DNA of 33,719 bases from Escherichia coli (GTDB lineage: Bacteria; Pseudomonadota; Gammaproteobacteria; Enterobacterales; Enterobacteriaceae): NCBI RefSeq assembly GCF_003334315.1, contig NZ_QOWR01000051.1; one strand, written 5' to 3'. The notes beneath the pieces were generated by a model that was given only the letters and a program-made list of their open reading frames with translations, was not told where the DNA came from and did no database searches. Made by a program: the position numbers and the translations under genes. Shown here one piece after another: positions 1 to 10,706 of this stretch (positions are counted from its first letter, which is position 1; each line of letters opens with the position of its first letter).

Positions 1-81
1 AAGTCGCTGTCGTTCTCAAAATCGGTGGAGCTGCATGACAAAGTCATCGGGCATTATCTGAACATAAAACACTATCAATAA
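1..81 (+). CDS. insB: IS1 transposase InsB, C-terminal fragment (5' part outside window)
   Basis: In-frame translation ends ...[15 protein letters not shown] with TAA at 79-81; identical to the C-terminus of the 33282-33659 minus-strand ORF at the other edge. Confidence 0.85.
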   Translation, partial: KSLSFSKSVELHDKVIGHYLNIKHYQ

Positions 82-97
82 GTTGGAGTCATTACCC
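1..97 (+). mobile_element. IS1 insertion sequence, partial (insB-proximal end; continues left of the window)
   Basis: Bases 1-81 translate in frame 1 to [26 protein letters not shown], the C-terminus of IS1 InsB; 75-97 (atcaataagttggagtcattacc) is the IS1 terminal inverted repeat as I recall it. Recognised from memory, not searched. Confidence 0.9.
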
Positions 98-177
98 ATT
101 TTCTTGTCTCTCCGACAGACTGACCGAATTGTTATCAATGTTAACAAAAAAAGAACAATTGGTTATAAGGAGAGAGT

Positions 178-753
178 ATGCGTGTCATCACCCTGGCGGG
201 TAGTCCTCGCTTTCCTTCTCGCTCCAGCTCCTTGCTGGAATATGCGCGGGAAAAACTAAATGGCCTGGATGTAGAGGTTTATCACTGGAATCTGCAAAAC
301 TTCGCCCCGGAAGATCTGCTTTATGCTCGTTTCGATAGTCCGGCACTCAAGACCTTCACCGAACAGCTGCAACAGGCTGATGGACTGATAGTCGCTACAC
401 CTGTGTATAAAGCCGCCTATTCCGGCGCGCTGAAAACCCTGCTCGACCTGCTGCCAGAGCGCGCTTTGCAAGGCAAAGTGGTGCTACCGCTGGCGACGGG
501 CGGTACCGTGGCCCATCTGCTGGCGGTCGATTATGCCCTTAAACCAGTTTTAAGCGCACTGAAAGCTCAGGAGATCCTGCACGGCGTGTTTGCCGATGAC
601 TCACAAGTAATTGATTACCATCACAGACCCCAGTTCACGCCAAATCTGCAAACCCGTCTTGATACCGCGCTAGAAACTTTCTGGCAGGCATTGCACCGCC
701 GCGATGTTCAGGTTCCTGACCTTCTGTCTCTGCGAGGTAATGCCCATGCGTAA
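178..753 (+). CDS. ssuE: NADPH-dependent FMN reductase (sulfonate-sulfur utilisation)
   Basis: 191-aa ORF with RBS aaggagag upstream; product and length match E. coli SsuE; first gene of the ssuEADCB order. Confidence 0.93.
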   Translation: MRVITLAGSPRFPSRSSSLLEYAREKLNGLDVEVYHWNLQNFAPEDLLYARFDSPALKTFTEQLQQADGLIVATPVYKAAYSGALKTLLDLLPERALQGKVVLPLATGGTVAHLLAVDYALKPVLSALKAQEILHGVFADDSQVIDYHHRPQFTPNLQTRLDTALETFWQALHRRDVQVPDLLSLRGNAHA

Positions 754-1705
754 CATCATTAAACTGGCGCTGGTGGGATTGCTTAGCGTCTCTACGATTG
801 CGGTTGCTGCAGAATCCTCGCCTGAAGCGTTACGTATAGGCTATCAGAAAGGCAGTATTGGTATGGTACTGGCAAAAAGCCACCAGTTACTGGAAAAACG
901 CTATCCGCAATCAAAAATCTCCTGGGTGGAGTTCCCCGCGGGTCCGCAAATGTTGGAAGCGTTAAACGTTGGCAGTATTGATCTCGGCAGTACCGGGGAT
1001 ATTCCGCCAATCTTTGCCCAGGCTGCCGGGGCTGATTTGGTATATGTGGGCGTCGAGCCACCGAAGCCCAAAGCCGAAGTGATTCTGGTGGCAGAAAACA
1101 GCCCGATCAAAACCGTAGCCGATCTTAAAGGTCACAAAGTTGCCTTTCAGAAAGGTTCCAGTTCACACAACCTTTTACTGCGTGCACTGCGTCAGGCCGG
1201 ACTTAAGTTTACCGATATCCAACCCACTTACCTGACGCCCGCTGATGCCCGCGCCGCGTTCCAGCAAGGTAACGTTGACGCCTGGGCTATCTGGGATCCC
1301 TACTACTCTGCTGCATTATTACAGGGCGGCGTGCGGGTGCTGAAAGACGGCACCGATCTCAATCAAACTGGATCGTTTTATCTGGCAGCTCGTCCCTATG
1401 CAGAAAAAAACGGCGCTTTTATTCAGGGCGTACTGGCAACCTTTAGTGAGGCCGATGCGTTAACCCGCAGCCAGCGCGAGCAAAGCATCGCTTTACTGGC
1501 AAAAACGATGGGCTTACCGGCACCGGTGATTGCCTCTTACTTAGATCATCGCCCTCCTACCACCATCAAACCGGTTAACGCCGAGGTTGCCGTCTTACAG
1601 CAGCAAACGGCAGATCTGTTTTATGAAAATCGTCTGGTGCCGAAAAAAGTCGATATTCGCCAGCGCATCTGGCAGCCCACTCAACTGGAAGGAAAACAAT
1701 TATGA
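746..1705 (+). CDS. ssuA: Aliphatic sulfonate ABC transporter periplasmic binding protein
   Basis: ORF track starts at 704, but the signal-peptide start [21 protein letters not shown] begins at the ATG at 746, giving 319 aa; overlaps the ssuE stop by 8 bp. Confidence 0.9.
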   Translation: MRNIIKLALVGLLSVSTIAVAAESSPEALRIGYQKGSIGMVLAKSHQLLEKRYPQSKISWVEFPAGPQMLEALNVGSIDLGSTGDIPPIFAQAAGADLVYVGVEPPKPKAEVILVAENSPIKTVADLKGHKVAFQKGSSSHNLLLRALRQAGLKFTDIQPTYLTPADARAAFQQGNVDAWAIWDPYYSAALLQGGVRVLKDGTDLNQTGSFYLAARPYAEKNGAFIQGVLATFSEADALTRSQREQSIALLAKTMGLPAPVIASYLDHRPPTTIKPVNAEVAVLQQQTADLFYENRLVPKKVDIRQRIWQPTQLEGKQL

Positions 1706-2847
1706 GTCTGAATATGTTCTGGTTTTTACCGACCCACGGTGACGAGCATTATCTGGGAACGGAAGAAGGTTCACGCCCGGTTGATCACGGTTATCTGCAA
1801 CAAATTGCGCAAGCGGCGGATCGTCTTGGCTATACCGGTGTGCTAATTCCAACGGGGCGCTCCTGCGAAGATGCGTGGCTGGTTGCCGCATCGATGATCC
1901 CGGTGACGCAGCGGCTGAAGTTTCTTGTCGCCCTGCGTCCCAGCGTAACCTCACCTACCGTTGCCGCCCGCCAGGCCGCCACGCTTGACCGTCTCTCAAA
2001 TGGACGTGCGTTGTTTAACCTGGTCACAGGCAGCGATCCACAAGAGCTGGCAGGCGACGGAGTGTTCCTTGATCATAGCGAGCGCTACGAAGCCTCGGCG
2101 GAATTTACCCAGGTCTGGCGGCGTTTATTGCAGAGAGAAACCGTCGATTTCAACGGTAAACATATTCATGTGCGCGGAGCAAAACTGCTCTTCCCGGCGA
2201 TTCAACAGCCGTATCCGCCACTTTACTTTGGCGGATCGTCAGATGTCGCCCAGGAGCTGGCGGCAGAACAGGTTGATCTCTACCTCACCTGGGGCGAACC
2301 GCCGGAACTGGTTAAAGAGAAAATCGAACAAGTGCGGGCGAAAGCTGCCGCGCATGGACGCAAAATTCGTTTCGGTATTCGTCTGCATGTGATTGTTCGT
2401 GAAACTAACGACGAAGCGTGGCAGGCCGCCGAGCGGTTAATCTCGCATCTTGATGATGAAACTATCGCCAAAGCACAGGCCGCATTCGCCCGGACGGATT
2501 CCGTAGGGCAACAGCGAATGGCGGCGTTACATAACGGCAAGCGCGACAATCTGGAGATCAGCCCCAATTTATGGGCAGGCGTTGGCTTAGTGCGCGGCGG
2601 TGCCGGGACGGCGCTGGTGGGCGATGGTCCTACGGTCGCTGCGCGAATCAACGAATATGCCGCGCTTGGCATCGACAGTTTTGTGCTTTCGGGCTATCCG
2701 CATCTGGAAGAAGCGTATCGGGTTGGCGAGTTGCTGTTCCCGCTTCTGGATGTCGCCATCCCGGAAATTCCCCAGCCGCAGCCGCTGAATTCGCAAGGCG
2801 AAGCGGTGGCGAATGATTTTATCCCCCGTAAAGTCGCGCAAAGCTAA
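1702..2847 (+). CDS. ssuD: FMNH2-dependent alkanesulfonate monooxygenase
   Basis: 381-aa ORF, luciferase-like monooxygenase sequence matching SsuD; ATGA overlap with the ssuA stop. Confidence 0.93.
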   Translation: MSLNMFWFLPTHGDEHYLGTEEGSRPVDHGYLQQIAQAADRLGYTGVLIPTGRSCEDAWLVAASMIPVTQRLKFLVALRPSVTSPTVAARQAATLDRLSNGRALFNLVTGSDPQELAGDGVFLDHSERYEASAEFTQVWRRLLQRETVDFNGKHIHVRGAKLLFPAIQQPYPPLYFGGSSDVAQELAAEQVDLYLTWGEPPELVKEKIEQVRAKAAAHGRKIRFGIRLHVIVRETNDEAWQAAERLISHLDDETIAKAQAAFARTDSVGQQRMAALHNGKRDNLEISPNLWAGVGLVRGGAGTALVGDGPTVAARINEYAALGIDSFVLSGYPHLEEAYRVGELLFPLLDVAIPEIPQPQPLNSQGEAVANDFIPRKVAQS

Positions 2848-2857
2848 GGAAGAAATA

Positions 2858-3649
2858 ATGGCAACGCCAGTGAAGAAGTGGTTATTGCGCGTTGCCCCCT
2901 GGTTTTTACCGGTGGGCATCGTGGCGGTGTGGCAACTGGCCTCCTCGGTTGGCTGGCTGTCGACGCGTATTTTGCCTTCACCGGAAGGAGTGGTGACGGC
3001 GTTCTGGACGCTCTCCGCCAGCGGCGAACTGTGGCAGCATCTGGCGATCAGCTCCTGGCGGGCGCTGATTGGCTTTTCAATTGGCGGATCGCTGGGGTTG
3101 ATTTTGGGACTGATTAGCGGGCTATCTCGCTGGGGAGAACGGCTGCTGGATACCTCAATTCAGATGTTGCGCAACGTGCCGCATCTGGCGCTGATCCCGC
3201 TGGTGATTTTGTGGTTTGGCATTGATGAATCCGCAAAAATCTTTCTGGTGGCGCTCGGTACGCTATTCCCCATTTATATCAACACCTGGCATGGCATCCG
3301 TAATATCGATCGCGGGTTGGTGGAGATGGCGCGTAGCTATGGATTATCCGGCATACCGCTGTTTATCCATGTGATCCTGCCTGGTGCCCTGCCCTCAATT
3401 ATGGTCGGCGTGCGTTTTGCGTTGGGCCTGATGTGGCTGACGCTGATTGTTGCCGAAACCATTTCTGCCAATTCAGGCATTGGTTATCTGGCGATGAATG
3501 CGCGGGAGTTTTTGCAAACGGACGTGGTGGTAGTCGCTATTATTCTTTACGCCCTGCTCGGCAAACTGGCTGACGTCAGCGCGCAGCTGTTAGAGCGCCT
3601 CTGGTTGCGCTGGAACCCGGCTTATCATTTGAAGGAGGCCACGGTATGA
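2858..3649 (+). CDS. ssuC: Aliphatic sulfonate ABC transporter permease
   Basis: ORF track starts at 2813; the ATG at 2858 preceded by aaggaag gives 263 aa starting [10 protein letters not shown], a hydrophobic multi-helix permease. Confidence 0.9.
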
Positions 3650-4413
3650 ATACTGCTCGTCTGAACCAGGGCACGCCATTGTTGCTCAATGCAGTAAGCA
3701 AACATTACGCGGAAAATATCGTCCTGAACCAACTGGATTTACATATTCCGGCAGGTCAGTTTGTGGCGGTGGTGGGCCGCAGCGGTGGTGGCAAAAGTAC
3801 CCTGCTGCGCCTGCTGGCAGGTCTGGAAACGCCAACCGCAGGCGATGTGTTAGCGGGCACCACACCGCTGGCTGAAATTCAGGAAGACACGCGAATGATG
3901 TTTCAGGATGCGCGTCTGCTACCGTGGAAATCGGTGATTGATAACGTTGGGTTAGGCCTTAAAGGCCAGTGGCGCGATGCCGCACGTCGAGCGTTGGCTG
4001 CGGTAGGACTGGAGAATCGCGCAGGGGAATGGCCTGCCGCACTTTCTGGCGGGCAGAAACAGCGAGTGGCGCTGGCAAGAGCGTTGATTCATCGACCGGG
4101 ATTATTGTTGCTTGATGAACCGCTCGGGGCGCTGGACGCCTTAACGCGACTCGAGATGCAGGATTTGATTGTGTCACTTTGGCAGGAGCACGGCTTTACC
4201 GTACTGTTGGTGACGCATGATGTGAGCGAAGCGGTAGCGATGGCTGACCGGGTGCTGTTAATTGAAGAGGGAAAAATTGGTCTGGATTTGACAGTGGATA
4301 TCCCCCGTCCGCGTCGATTAGGGTCGGTGCGATTAGCGGAGCTGGAAGCGGAGGTGTTGCAACGGGTGATGCAACGTGGTGAATCTGAAACTCGCCTGAG
4401 AAAACAGGGGTAA
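3646..4413 (+). CDS. ssuB: Aliphatic sulfonate ABC transporter ATP-binding protein
   Basis: 255 aa with Walker [13 protein letters not shown] signature LSGGQKQR and Walker B LLLDEP; ATGA overlap with ssuC. Confidence 0.93.
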
Positions 4414-4416
4414 ATT

Positions 4417-4455
4417 CCCCGAATGGCGGCGCTATTGCCGCCATTCGGTTATTTA
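4417..4455. terminator. Hairpin between convergent ssuB and pepN, likely bidirectional intrinsic terminator
   Basis: Inverted repeat ccgaatggcggc / gccgccattcgg (4419-4448), followed by ttattta on the plus strand and a weaker U-tract on the minus strand. Confidence 0.6.
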
Positions 4456-7068
4456 TCAAGCCAGTGCTTTAGTTATCTTCTCGTACAGATCGCCAGAGAG
4501 ATTTTCCAGCCCTTTCAACTGTTCCAGCGCCGCGCGCATTTTCTCCTGACGTTTGGCATCGTAACGTTTCAGGCGAATCAGCGGTTCAATCAGACGTGAA
4601 GCCACCTGCGGGTTACGGCTGTTGAGGTCGGTAAGCATTTCCACCAGGAACAGGTAACCGCTGCCATCTTCGGCATGGAACGCTGCCGGATTGCTGCCCG
4701 CAAACGCGCCAATCAACGAACGAATACGGTTCGGGTTGCTCATGGTAAATGAGCGATGCTGCAACAGGCCGCGCACCGTCTCCAGCACATTCGCCGCCGG
4801 GCTGGTGGCTTGCAGGATAAACCATTTATCCATCACCAGACCGTTCTGATGCCACTTGTCGTCGTACTCCTGCATCAGCGCGTCACGGCAAGGCAGCTGT
4901 GCGGCAACCGCCGCAGAAAGCGCCGCCAGCGCATCAGTCATATTGTTTGCTTCGTGGAACTGCTTGCTCACCAGCACATCAGCCAGATGCGTTTCACCAA
5001 AAGCGAGGAAACGCAGGCAGGCATTACGCAGAGTGCGTTTTGCAATATCTTCATGCTCAACACGGTACTCGCTCTGGTAATTCGCGTTGTAAATAGCCAG
5101 TAGCTCATCCGCCAGTTCAGTCGCCAGAGTACGAGTGAGTGCTTCGCGTACTTCGGCAATAGCAATCGGGTCGATGATATCGAACAATTCAGCCATTTCA
5201 TTGACAGAAGGCAGCGTCAGGATTTCTGCCGCCAGCGCTGGATCAATCTTCTCATCAAGCAGTACCGCGCGGAAAGCATCAGCCACATGCACCGGCAGAG
5301 ACAGCGGCTGACCTTGCTGATGACGCGCGACGTTCAGCTTGATGTAGGTTGCCAGCAAACTTTGCGCCGCATCCCAGCGGGAGAAATCATTACGCGCATG
5401 ACGCATCAGGAAGGTCAGTTGCTGATCGCTCCACTTATATTCCAGTTTCACTGGCGCAGAGAATTCGCACAGCAGCGCAGGCACCGGCTGGAAGTAGACA
5501 TTATCAAAGACAAAGGTCTGTTCCGCCTGAGTGACGTTCAGCACGGAATTCACCGGATGACCGCCTTTCTGCAACGGGATCACTTTGCCTTCGTTATCAT
5601 ACAGTTCGATGGCAAACGGAATATGCAGCGGCTGTTTTTCTGCCTGATCCGGCGTGGCTGGCGTGCGCTGGCTGATGGTCAGGGTGTACTGCTCGGTTTC
5701 CGGATTGTAGTCGTCTTTGACGGTCACAATCGGTGTACCGGACTGGCTGTACCAACGGCGGAAATGGGAGAGATCGACATTCGACGCATCTTCCATCGCC
5801 TGCACAAAGTCGTCACAGGTCGCTGCACTACCATCATGACGCTCGAAATAAAGCTGCATCCCTTTCTGGAAGTTTTCTTCGCCAAGCAGGGTGTGGATCA
5901 TGCGAATCACTTCCGCGCCCTTCTCGTAAACGGTCAGGGTGTAGAAGTTGTTCATCTCAATGACCATATCCGGGCGGATCGGGTGCGCCATCGGGCTGGC
6001 GTCTTCTGCAAACTGCAATCCGCGCATGGTGCGTACATTATTGATGCGGTTAACTGCGCGGGAACCAAGGTCAGAGCTGAACTCCTGATCGCGGAAGACG
6101 GTTAAACCTTCTTTCAGGCTGAGCTGGAACCAGTCGCGACAGGTCACTCGGTTACCGGTCCAGTTATGGAAATATTCATGGCCGATAACGCGTTCAATAT
6201 CGAGGTAATCTTTGTCGGTGGCGGTGTCGGTGCGGGCCAGCACATATTTGGAGTTAAAGATATTCAGCCCCTTATTCTCCATTGCGCCCATATTGAAGAA
6301 ATCCACCGCGACGATCATATAGATGTCGAGGTCATACTCCAGGCCAAAGCGTTCTTCATCCCATTTCATGGAGTTTTTCACCGAGGTCATCGCCCACGGC
6401 GCGCGATCAAGGTTGCCGCGATCGACGTACAGCTCCAGTGCTACTTCGCGACCAGAACGCGTGGTAAAGGTATCGCGCAGTACATCAAAGTCGCCTGCCA
6501 CCAGCGCAAACAGGTAGCACGGTTTCGGGAACGGGTCCTGCCACTGTACCCAATGGCGTCCGTTTTCCAGTTCGCCTTGCGCAACGCGGTTACCATTGGA
6601 AAGCAGGAAGGGATATTTGATTTTATCGGCAATAATTTTGGTGGTAAAACGCGCCAGCACGTCCGGGCGGTCGAGATAATACGTAATATGGCGGAAACCT
6701 TCGGCTTCACACTGGGTGCAAAGCGCATCGCCTGACTGATAAAGCCCTTCCAGCGCGGTATTCGCCGCCGGGCTTATTTCATTAATGATCTTAAGCGTAA
6801 AACGCTCCGGCAAATTACTGATAACCAGTGCGCCCTCTTCTTCTTTCCAGGCGGTCCACGGCTCATCATTAATATGAACAGAAACCAGTTTGAGGTCTTC
6901 GCCGTTGAGACGAAGGGGAGCATCTGATGCACCATGACGGACAGCCTGGCTGACCGCGGTAACGACCGTCTTTTGCGCGTCGAGGTCAAAGGTCAAGTCA
7001 ATATCAGTAATCTGGTAATCCGGCGCACGATAATCGTGACGGTATTTGGCTTGTGGCTGTTGAGTCAT
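4456..7068 (-). CDS. pepN: Aminopeptidase N (M1 zinc metallopeptidase)
   Basis: 870-aa ORF with HEYFHNWTG (HExxH) zinc motif and GAMEN motif; length matches E. coli PepN. Confidence 0.95.
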   Translation of the reverse strand: MTQQPQAKYRHDYRAPDYQITDIDLTFDLDAQKTVVTAVSQAVRHGASDAPLRLNGEDLKLVSVHINDEPWTAWKEEEGALVISNLPERFTLKIINEISPAANTALEGLYQSGDALCTQCEAEGFRHITYYLDRPDVLARFTTKIIADKIKYPFLLSNGNRVAQGELENGRHWVQWQDPFPKPCYLFALVAGDFDVLRDTFTTRSGREVALELYVDRGNLDRAPWAMTSVKNSMKWDEERFGLEYDLDIYMIVAVDFFNMGAMENKGLNIFNSKYVLARTDTATDKDYLDIERVIGHEYFHNWTGNRVTCRDWFQLSLKEGLTVFRDQEFSSDLGSRAVNRINNVRTMRGLQFAEDASPMAHPIRPDMVIEMNNFYTLTVYEKGAEVIRMIHTLLGEENFQKGMQLYFERHDGSAATCDDFVQAMEDASNVDLSHFRRWYSQSGTPIVTVKDDYNPETEQYTLTISQRTPATPDQAEKQPLHIPFAIELYDNEGKVIPLQKGGHPVNSVLNVTQAEQTFVFDNVYFQPVPALLCEFSAPVKLEYKWSDQQLTFLMRHARNDFSRWDAAQSLLATYIKLNVARHQQGQPLSLPVHVADAFRAVLLDEKIDPALAAEILTLPSVNEMAELFDIIDPIAIAEVREALTRTLATELADELLAIYNANYQSEYRVEHEDIAKRTLRNACLRFLAFGETHLADVLVSKQFHEANNMTDALAALSAAVAAQLPCRDALMQEYDDKWHQNGLVMDKWFILQATSPAANVLETVRGLLQHRSFTMSNPNRIRSLIGAFAGSNPAAFHAEDGSGYLFLVEMLTDLNSRNPQVASRLIEPLIRLKRYDAKRQEKMRAALEQLKGLENLSGDLYEKITKALA

Positions 7069-7286
7069 AAATAACCTTTAGCATCTTTTATAGAGTCTGG
7101 TGTTCAGTCTATTCCTGTTGCGTAAATCGCGCTATGCAGAATCTTCATCTTTTCAGGTACAAACGCCTTTATTGCTACATTTTTATAACATACACCGCGT
7201 AATGCCATCGACCAGAAAGGTGGCATATGGTGTGATCGGGGTTCAATAAATTGCGAAACAAGGTATACTCCAGCAGTTCCTGAAGA

Positions 7287-7304
7287 TGTTTATTGTACTA
7301 AACG
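7287..7304 (+). promoter_or_regulatory. Putative NadR operator (NAD box) upstream of pncB
   Basis: Palindrome tgtttA-ttgtac-TAAAcg directly upstream of the pncB start; pncB is an established NadR-repressed gene. A tatact hexamer lies at 7264-7269. Confidence 0.55.
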
Positions 7305-7333
7305 CTCCTGTACGAGGACGCTACTGCGCACCT

Positions 7334-8536
7334 ATGACACAATTCGCTTCTCCTGTTCTGCACTCGTTGCTGGATACAGATGCTTATAAGTTGCATATGC
7401 AGCAAGCCGTGTTTCATCACTATTACGATGTGCATGTCGCGGCGGAGTTTCGTTGCCGAGGTGACGATCTGCTGGGTATTTATGCCGATGCTATTCGTGA
7501 ACAGGTTCAGGCGATGCAGCACCTGCGCCTGCAGGATGATGAATATCAGTGGCTTTCTGCCCTGCCTTTCTTTAAGGCCGACTATCTTAACTGGTTACGC
7601 GAGTTCCGCTTTAACCCGGAACAAGTCACCGTGTCCAACGATAATGGCAAGCTGGATATTCGTTTAAGCGGCCCGTGGCGTGAAGTCATCCTCTGGGAAG
7701 TTCCTTTGCTGGCGGTTATCAGTGAAATGGTACATCGCTATCGCTCACCGCAGGCCGACGTTGCGCAAGCCCTCGACACGCTGGAAAGCAAATTAGTCGA
7801 CTTCTCGGCGTTAACCGCCGGTCTTGATATGTCGCGCTTCCATCTGATGGATTTTGGCACCCGTCGCCGTTTTTCTCGCGAAGTACAAGAAACCATCGTT
7901 AAGCGTCTGCAACAGGAATCCTGGTTTGTGGGCACCAGCAACTACGATCTGGCGCGTCGGCTTTCCCTCACGCCGATGGGAACACAGGCACACGAATGGT
8001 TCCAGGCACATCAGCAAATCAGCCCGGATCTAGCCAACAGCCAGCGAGCTGCACTTGCTGCCTGGCTGGAAGAGTATCCCGACCAACTTGGCATTGCATT
8101 AACCGACTGCATCACTATGGATGCTTTCCTGCGTGATTTCGGTGTCGAGTTCGCTAGTCGGTATCAGGGCCTGCGTCATGACTCTGGCGACCCGGTTGAA
8201 TGGGGTGAAAAAGCCATTGCACATTATGAAAAGCTGGGAATTGATCCACAGAGTAAAACGCTGGTTTTCTCTGACAATCTGGATTTACGCAAAGCGGTTG
8301 AGCTATACTGCCACTTCTCTTCCCGCGTGCAATTAAGTTTTGGTATTGGGACTCGCCTGACCTGCGATATCCCCCAGGTAAAACCCCTGAATATTGTCAT
8401 TAAGTTGGTAGAGTGTAACGGTAAACCGGTGGCGAAACTTTCTGACAGCCCTGGCAAAACTATCTGCCATGATAAAGCGTTTGTTCGGGCGCTGCGCAAA
8501 GCGTTCGACCTTCCGCATATTAAAAAAGCCAGTTAA
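7334..8536 (+). CDS. pncB: Nicotinate phosphoribosyltransferase
   Basis: ORF track starts at 7286, but [19 protein letters not shown] begins at the ATG at 7334, giving the expected 400 aa; the 7286 start would sit inside the NAD box. Confidence 0.92.
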   Translation: MTQFASPVLHSLLDTDAYKLHMQQAVFHHYYDVHVAAEFRCRGDDLLGIYADAIREQVQAMQHLRLQDDEYQWLSALPFFKADYLNWLREFRFNPEQVTVSNDNGKLDIRLSGPWREVILWEVPLLAVISEMVHRYRSPQADVAQALDTLESKLVDFSALTAGLDMSRFHLMDFGTRRRFSREVQETIVKRLQQESWFVGTSNYDLARRLSLTPMGTQAHEWFQAHQQISPDLANSQRAALAAWLEEYPDQLGIALTDCITMDAFLRDFGVEFASRYQGLRHDSGDPVEWGEKAIAHYEKLGIDPQSKTLVFSDNLDLRKAVELYCHFSSRVQLSFGIGTRLTCDIPQVKPLNIVIKLVECNGKPVAKLSDSPGKTICHDKAFVRALRKAFDLPHIKKAS

Positions 8537-8544
8537 TATCATCA

Positions 8545-8569
8545 GGGAGCTAATCGGCTCCCTTTTTTT
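8545..8569 (+). terminator. Intrinsic terminator of pncB
   Basis: Stem gggagc / ggctccc with loop taatc, followed by a T7 run, 9 bp after the pncB stop. Confidence 0.75.
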
Positions 8570-8704
8570 ACCTTTAATTCCGAAATCTTTCGCTGCATTT
8601 GCGAATTCTGCTTGTCTGATTGCAGATGCCAGGTAACATAGGTATCCCCCCATTTACGGGTGGACAAGTGTTTATTTTTTCCGACTATTAACAGAGAGAA
8701 TATT

Positions 8705-10105
8705 ATGAGCGTTGTGCCTGTAGCCGACGTACTCCAGGGCCGTGTAGCCGTTGACAGCGAAGTCACCGTGCGCGGATGGGTACGTACCCGCCGAGATTCA
8801 AAAGCTGGCATCTCCTTCCTCGCCGTTTATGACGGTTCCTGCTTTGATCCTGTACAGGCTGTCATCAATAATTCTCTGCCCAATTACAATGAAGACGTCC
8901 TGCGTCTGACCACCGGCTGCTCGGTCATTGTGACGGGTAAAGTCGTGGCGTCGCCGGGCCAGGGGCAACAATTTGAAATTCAGGCCAGCAAGGTTGAAGT
9001 TGCTGGTTGGGTTGAAGATCCAGACACTTACCCGATGGCGGCAAAACGCCACAGCATTGAGTATCTGCGTGAGGTCGCTCACCTGCGTCCGCGCACAAAC
9101 CTGATTGGTGCCGTCGCGCGCGTTCGCCATACGCTGGCGCAGGCGCTGCATCGCTTCTTTAACGAGCAGGGATTCTTCTGGGTTTCAACGCCACTGATTA
9201 CCGCATCTGATACCGAAGGTGCAGGCGAAATGTTCCGCGTTTCTACGCTGGATCTGGAAAACCTGCCGCGTAACGATCAGGGCAAAGTGGATTTCGACAA
9301 AGACTTCTTTGGTAAAGAGTCTTTCCTGACCGTATCTGGCCAGTTGAACGGCGAAACCTACGCTTGCGCATTGTCCAAAATTTATACCTTCGGCCCGACT
9401 TTCCGTGCTGAAAACTCCAACACCAGCCGTCACCTGGCGGAATTCTGGATGCTGGAGCCGGAAGTGGCGTTTGCTAACCTGAACGATATTGCGGGTCTGG
9501 CTGAAGCCATGCTGAAATATGTCTTCAAAGCGGTTCTCGAAGAACGCGCTGACGACATGAAATTCTTCGCTGAACGCGTAGATAAAGATGCCGTTTCACG
9601 TCTGGAACGCTTCATTGAAGCCGATTTTGCGCAGGTGGATTATACCGACGCAGTGACCATTCTCGAAAACTGCGGCAGGAAGTTTGAAAACCCGGTTTAC
9701 TGGGGAGTCGATCTCTCTTCTGAGCATGAGCGTTATCTGGCGGAAGAACACTTTAAAGCACCGGTAGTGGTTAAAAACTATCCGAAAGATATTAAAGCGT
9801 TCTATATGCGCCTTAACGAAGACGGTAAAACCGTTGCGGCTATGGACGTTCTGGCTCCGGGCATCGGTGAGATCATTGGTGGCTCCCAGCGTGAAGAACG
9901 TCTGGACGTGCTGGACGAGCGTATGCTGGAAATGGGCCTGAATAAAGAAGATTACTGGTGGTATCGCGATCTGCGTCGCTACGGTACTGTTCCGCATTCA
10001 GGTTTCGGTCTTGGTTTTGAACGTCTGATTGCTTACGTAACTGGCGTGCAAAACGTACGTGATGTGATTCCGTTCCCACGTACTCCGCGTAACGCCAGCT
10101 TCTAA
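8705..10105 (+). CDS. asnS: Asparaginyl-tRNA synthetase
   Basis: ORF track starts at 8660; [14 protein letters not shown] begins at the ATG at 8705, giving 466 aa; class II aaRS sequence matching AsnS. Confidence 0.93.
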
Positions 10106-10118
10106 TTTAGCGTCTTCA

Positions 10119-10146
10119 AGAGCCAGCGCCCGCTGGCTCTTTTTTA
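10119..10146 (+). terminator. Intrinsic terminator of asnS
   Basis: agagccagcg-cc-cgctggctct hairpin followed by tttttat, 14 bp after the asnS stop. Confidence 0.8.
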
Positions 10147-10216
10147 TCTTTTCTGTCAAGTTATCTGTTTGTTAAGTCAAGCAATCTATTTGCAACCCCG
10201 CCATAACGATCATCCT

Positions 10217-10246
10217 GTTACGGAATATTACATTGCAACATTTACG
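10217..10246 (+). promoter_or_regulatory. Distal OmpR-binding site F4 of the ompF promoter (recalled)
   Basis: gttacggaatattacattgcaacatttacg lies about 350-380 bp upstream of the expected ompF transcription start, where I recall the F4 site; not verified by search. Confidence 0.45.
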
Positions 10247-10496
10247 CGCAAAAACTAATCCGCATTCTTATTGCGGATTAGTTTTTTCTTAGCTAATAGC
10301 ACAATTTTCATACTATTTTTTGGCATTCTGGATGTCTGAAAGAAGATTTTGTGCCAGGTCGATAAAGTTTCCATCAGAAACAAAATTTCCGTTTAGTTAA
10401 TTTAAATATAAGGAAATCATATAAATAGATTAAAATTGCTGTAAATATCATCACGTCTCTATGGAAATATGACGGTGTTCACAAAGTTCCTTAAAT

Positions 10497-10560
10497 TTTA
10501 CTTTTGGTTACATATTTTTTCTTTTTGAAACCAAATCTTTATCTTTGTAGCACTTTCACG
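10497..10560 (+). promoter_or_regulatory. OmpR-binding sites F1-F3 of the ompF promoter
   Basis: tttacttttggttacatattttttctttttgaaaccaaatctttatctttgtagcactttcac matches the tandem OmpR-box region of ompF as I recall it, about 40-100 bp upstream of a start roughly 110 nt before the ATG. Confidence 0.6.
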
Positions 10561-10706
10561 GTAGCGAAACGTTAGTTTGAATGGAAAGATGCCTGCAGAC
10601 ACATAAAGACACCAAACTCTCATCAATAGTTCCGTAAATTTTTATTGACAGAACTTATTGACGGCAGTGGCAGGTGTCATAAAAAAAACCATGAGGGTAA
10701 TAAATA

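Noticed and set aside
704-745. N-terminal extensions of ssuA (704), ssuC (2813), pncB (7286), asnS (8660), ycbK (14623), mukE (22094) and smtA (24164) in the ORF track
   Set aside because: Longest-ORF starts; the conserved N-termini and RBS spacing support the downstream ATGs used in the feature list. The pncB extension would overlap its own operator.
5287-6105. 272-aa plus-strand ORF inside pepN (similar: 6166-6735, 189 aa)
   Set aside because: Lies entirely antisense to the well-supported pepN coding sequence, has an Arg/His-rich low-complexity translation and no ribosome-binding context; typical spurious ORF on the reverse strand of a GC-rich gene.
10106-10706. Possible hidden small gene or sRNA in the long asnS-ompF spacer
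   Set aside because: The region is accounted for by the recalled ompF regulatory architecture (OmpR sites and 5' UTR); no ORF with an RBS and no terminator-bounded unit apart from the asnS terminator was seen.
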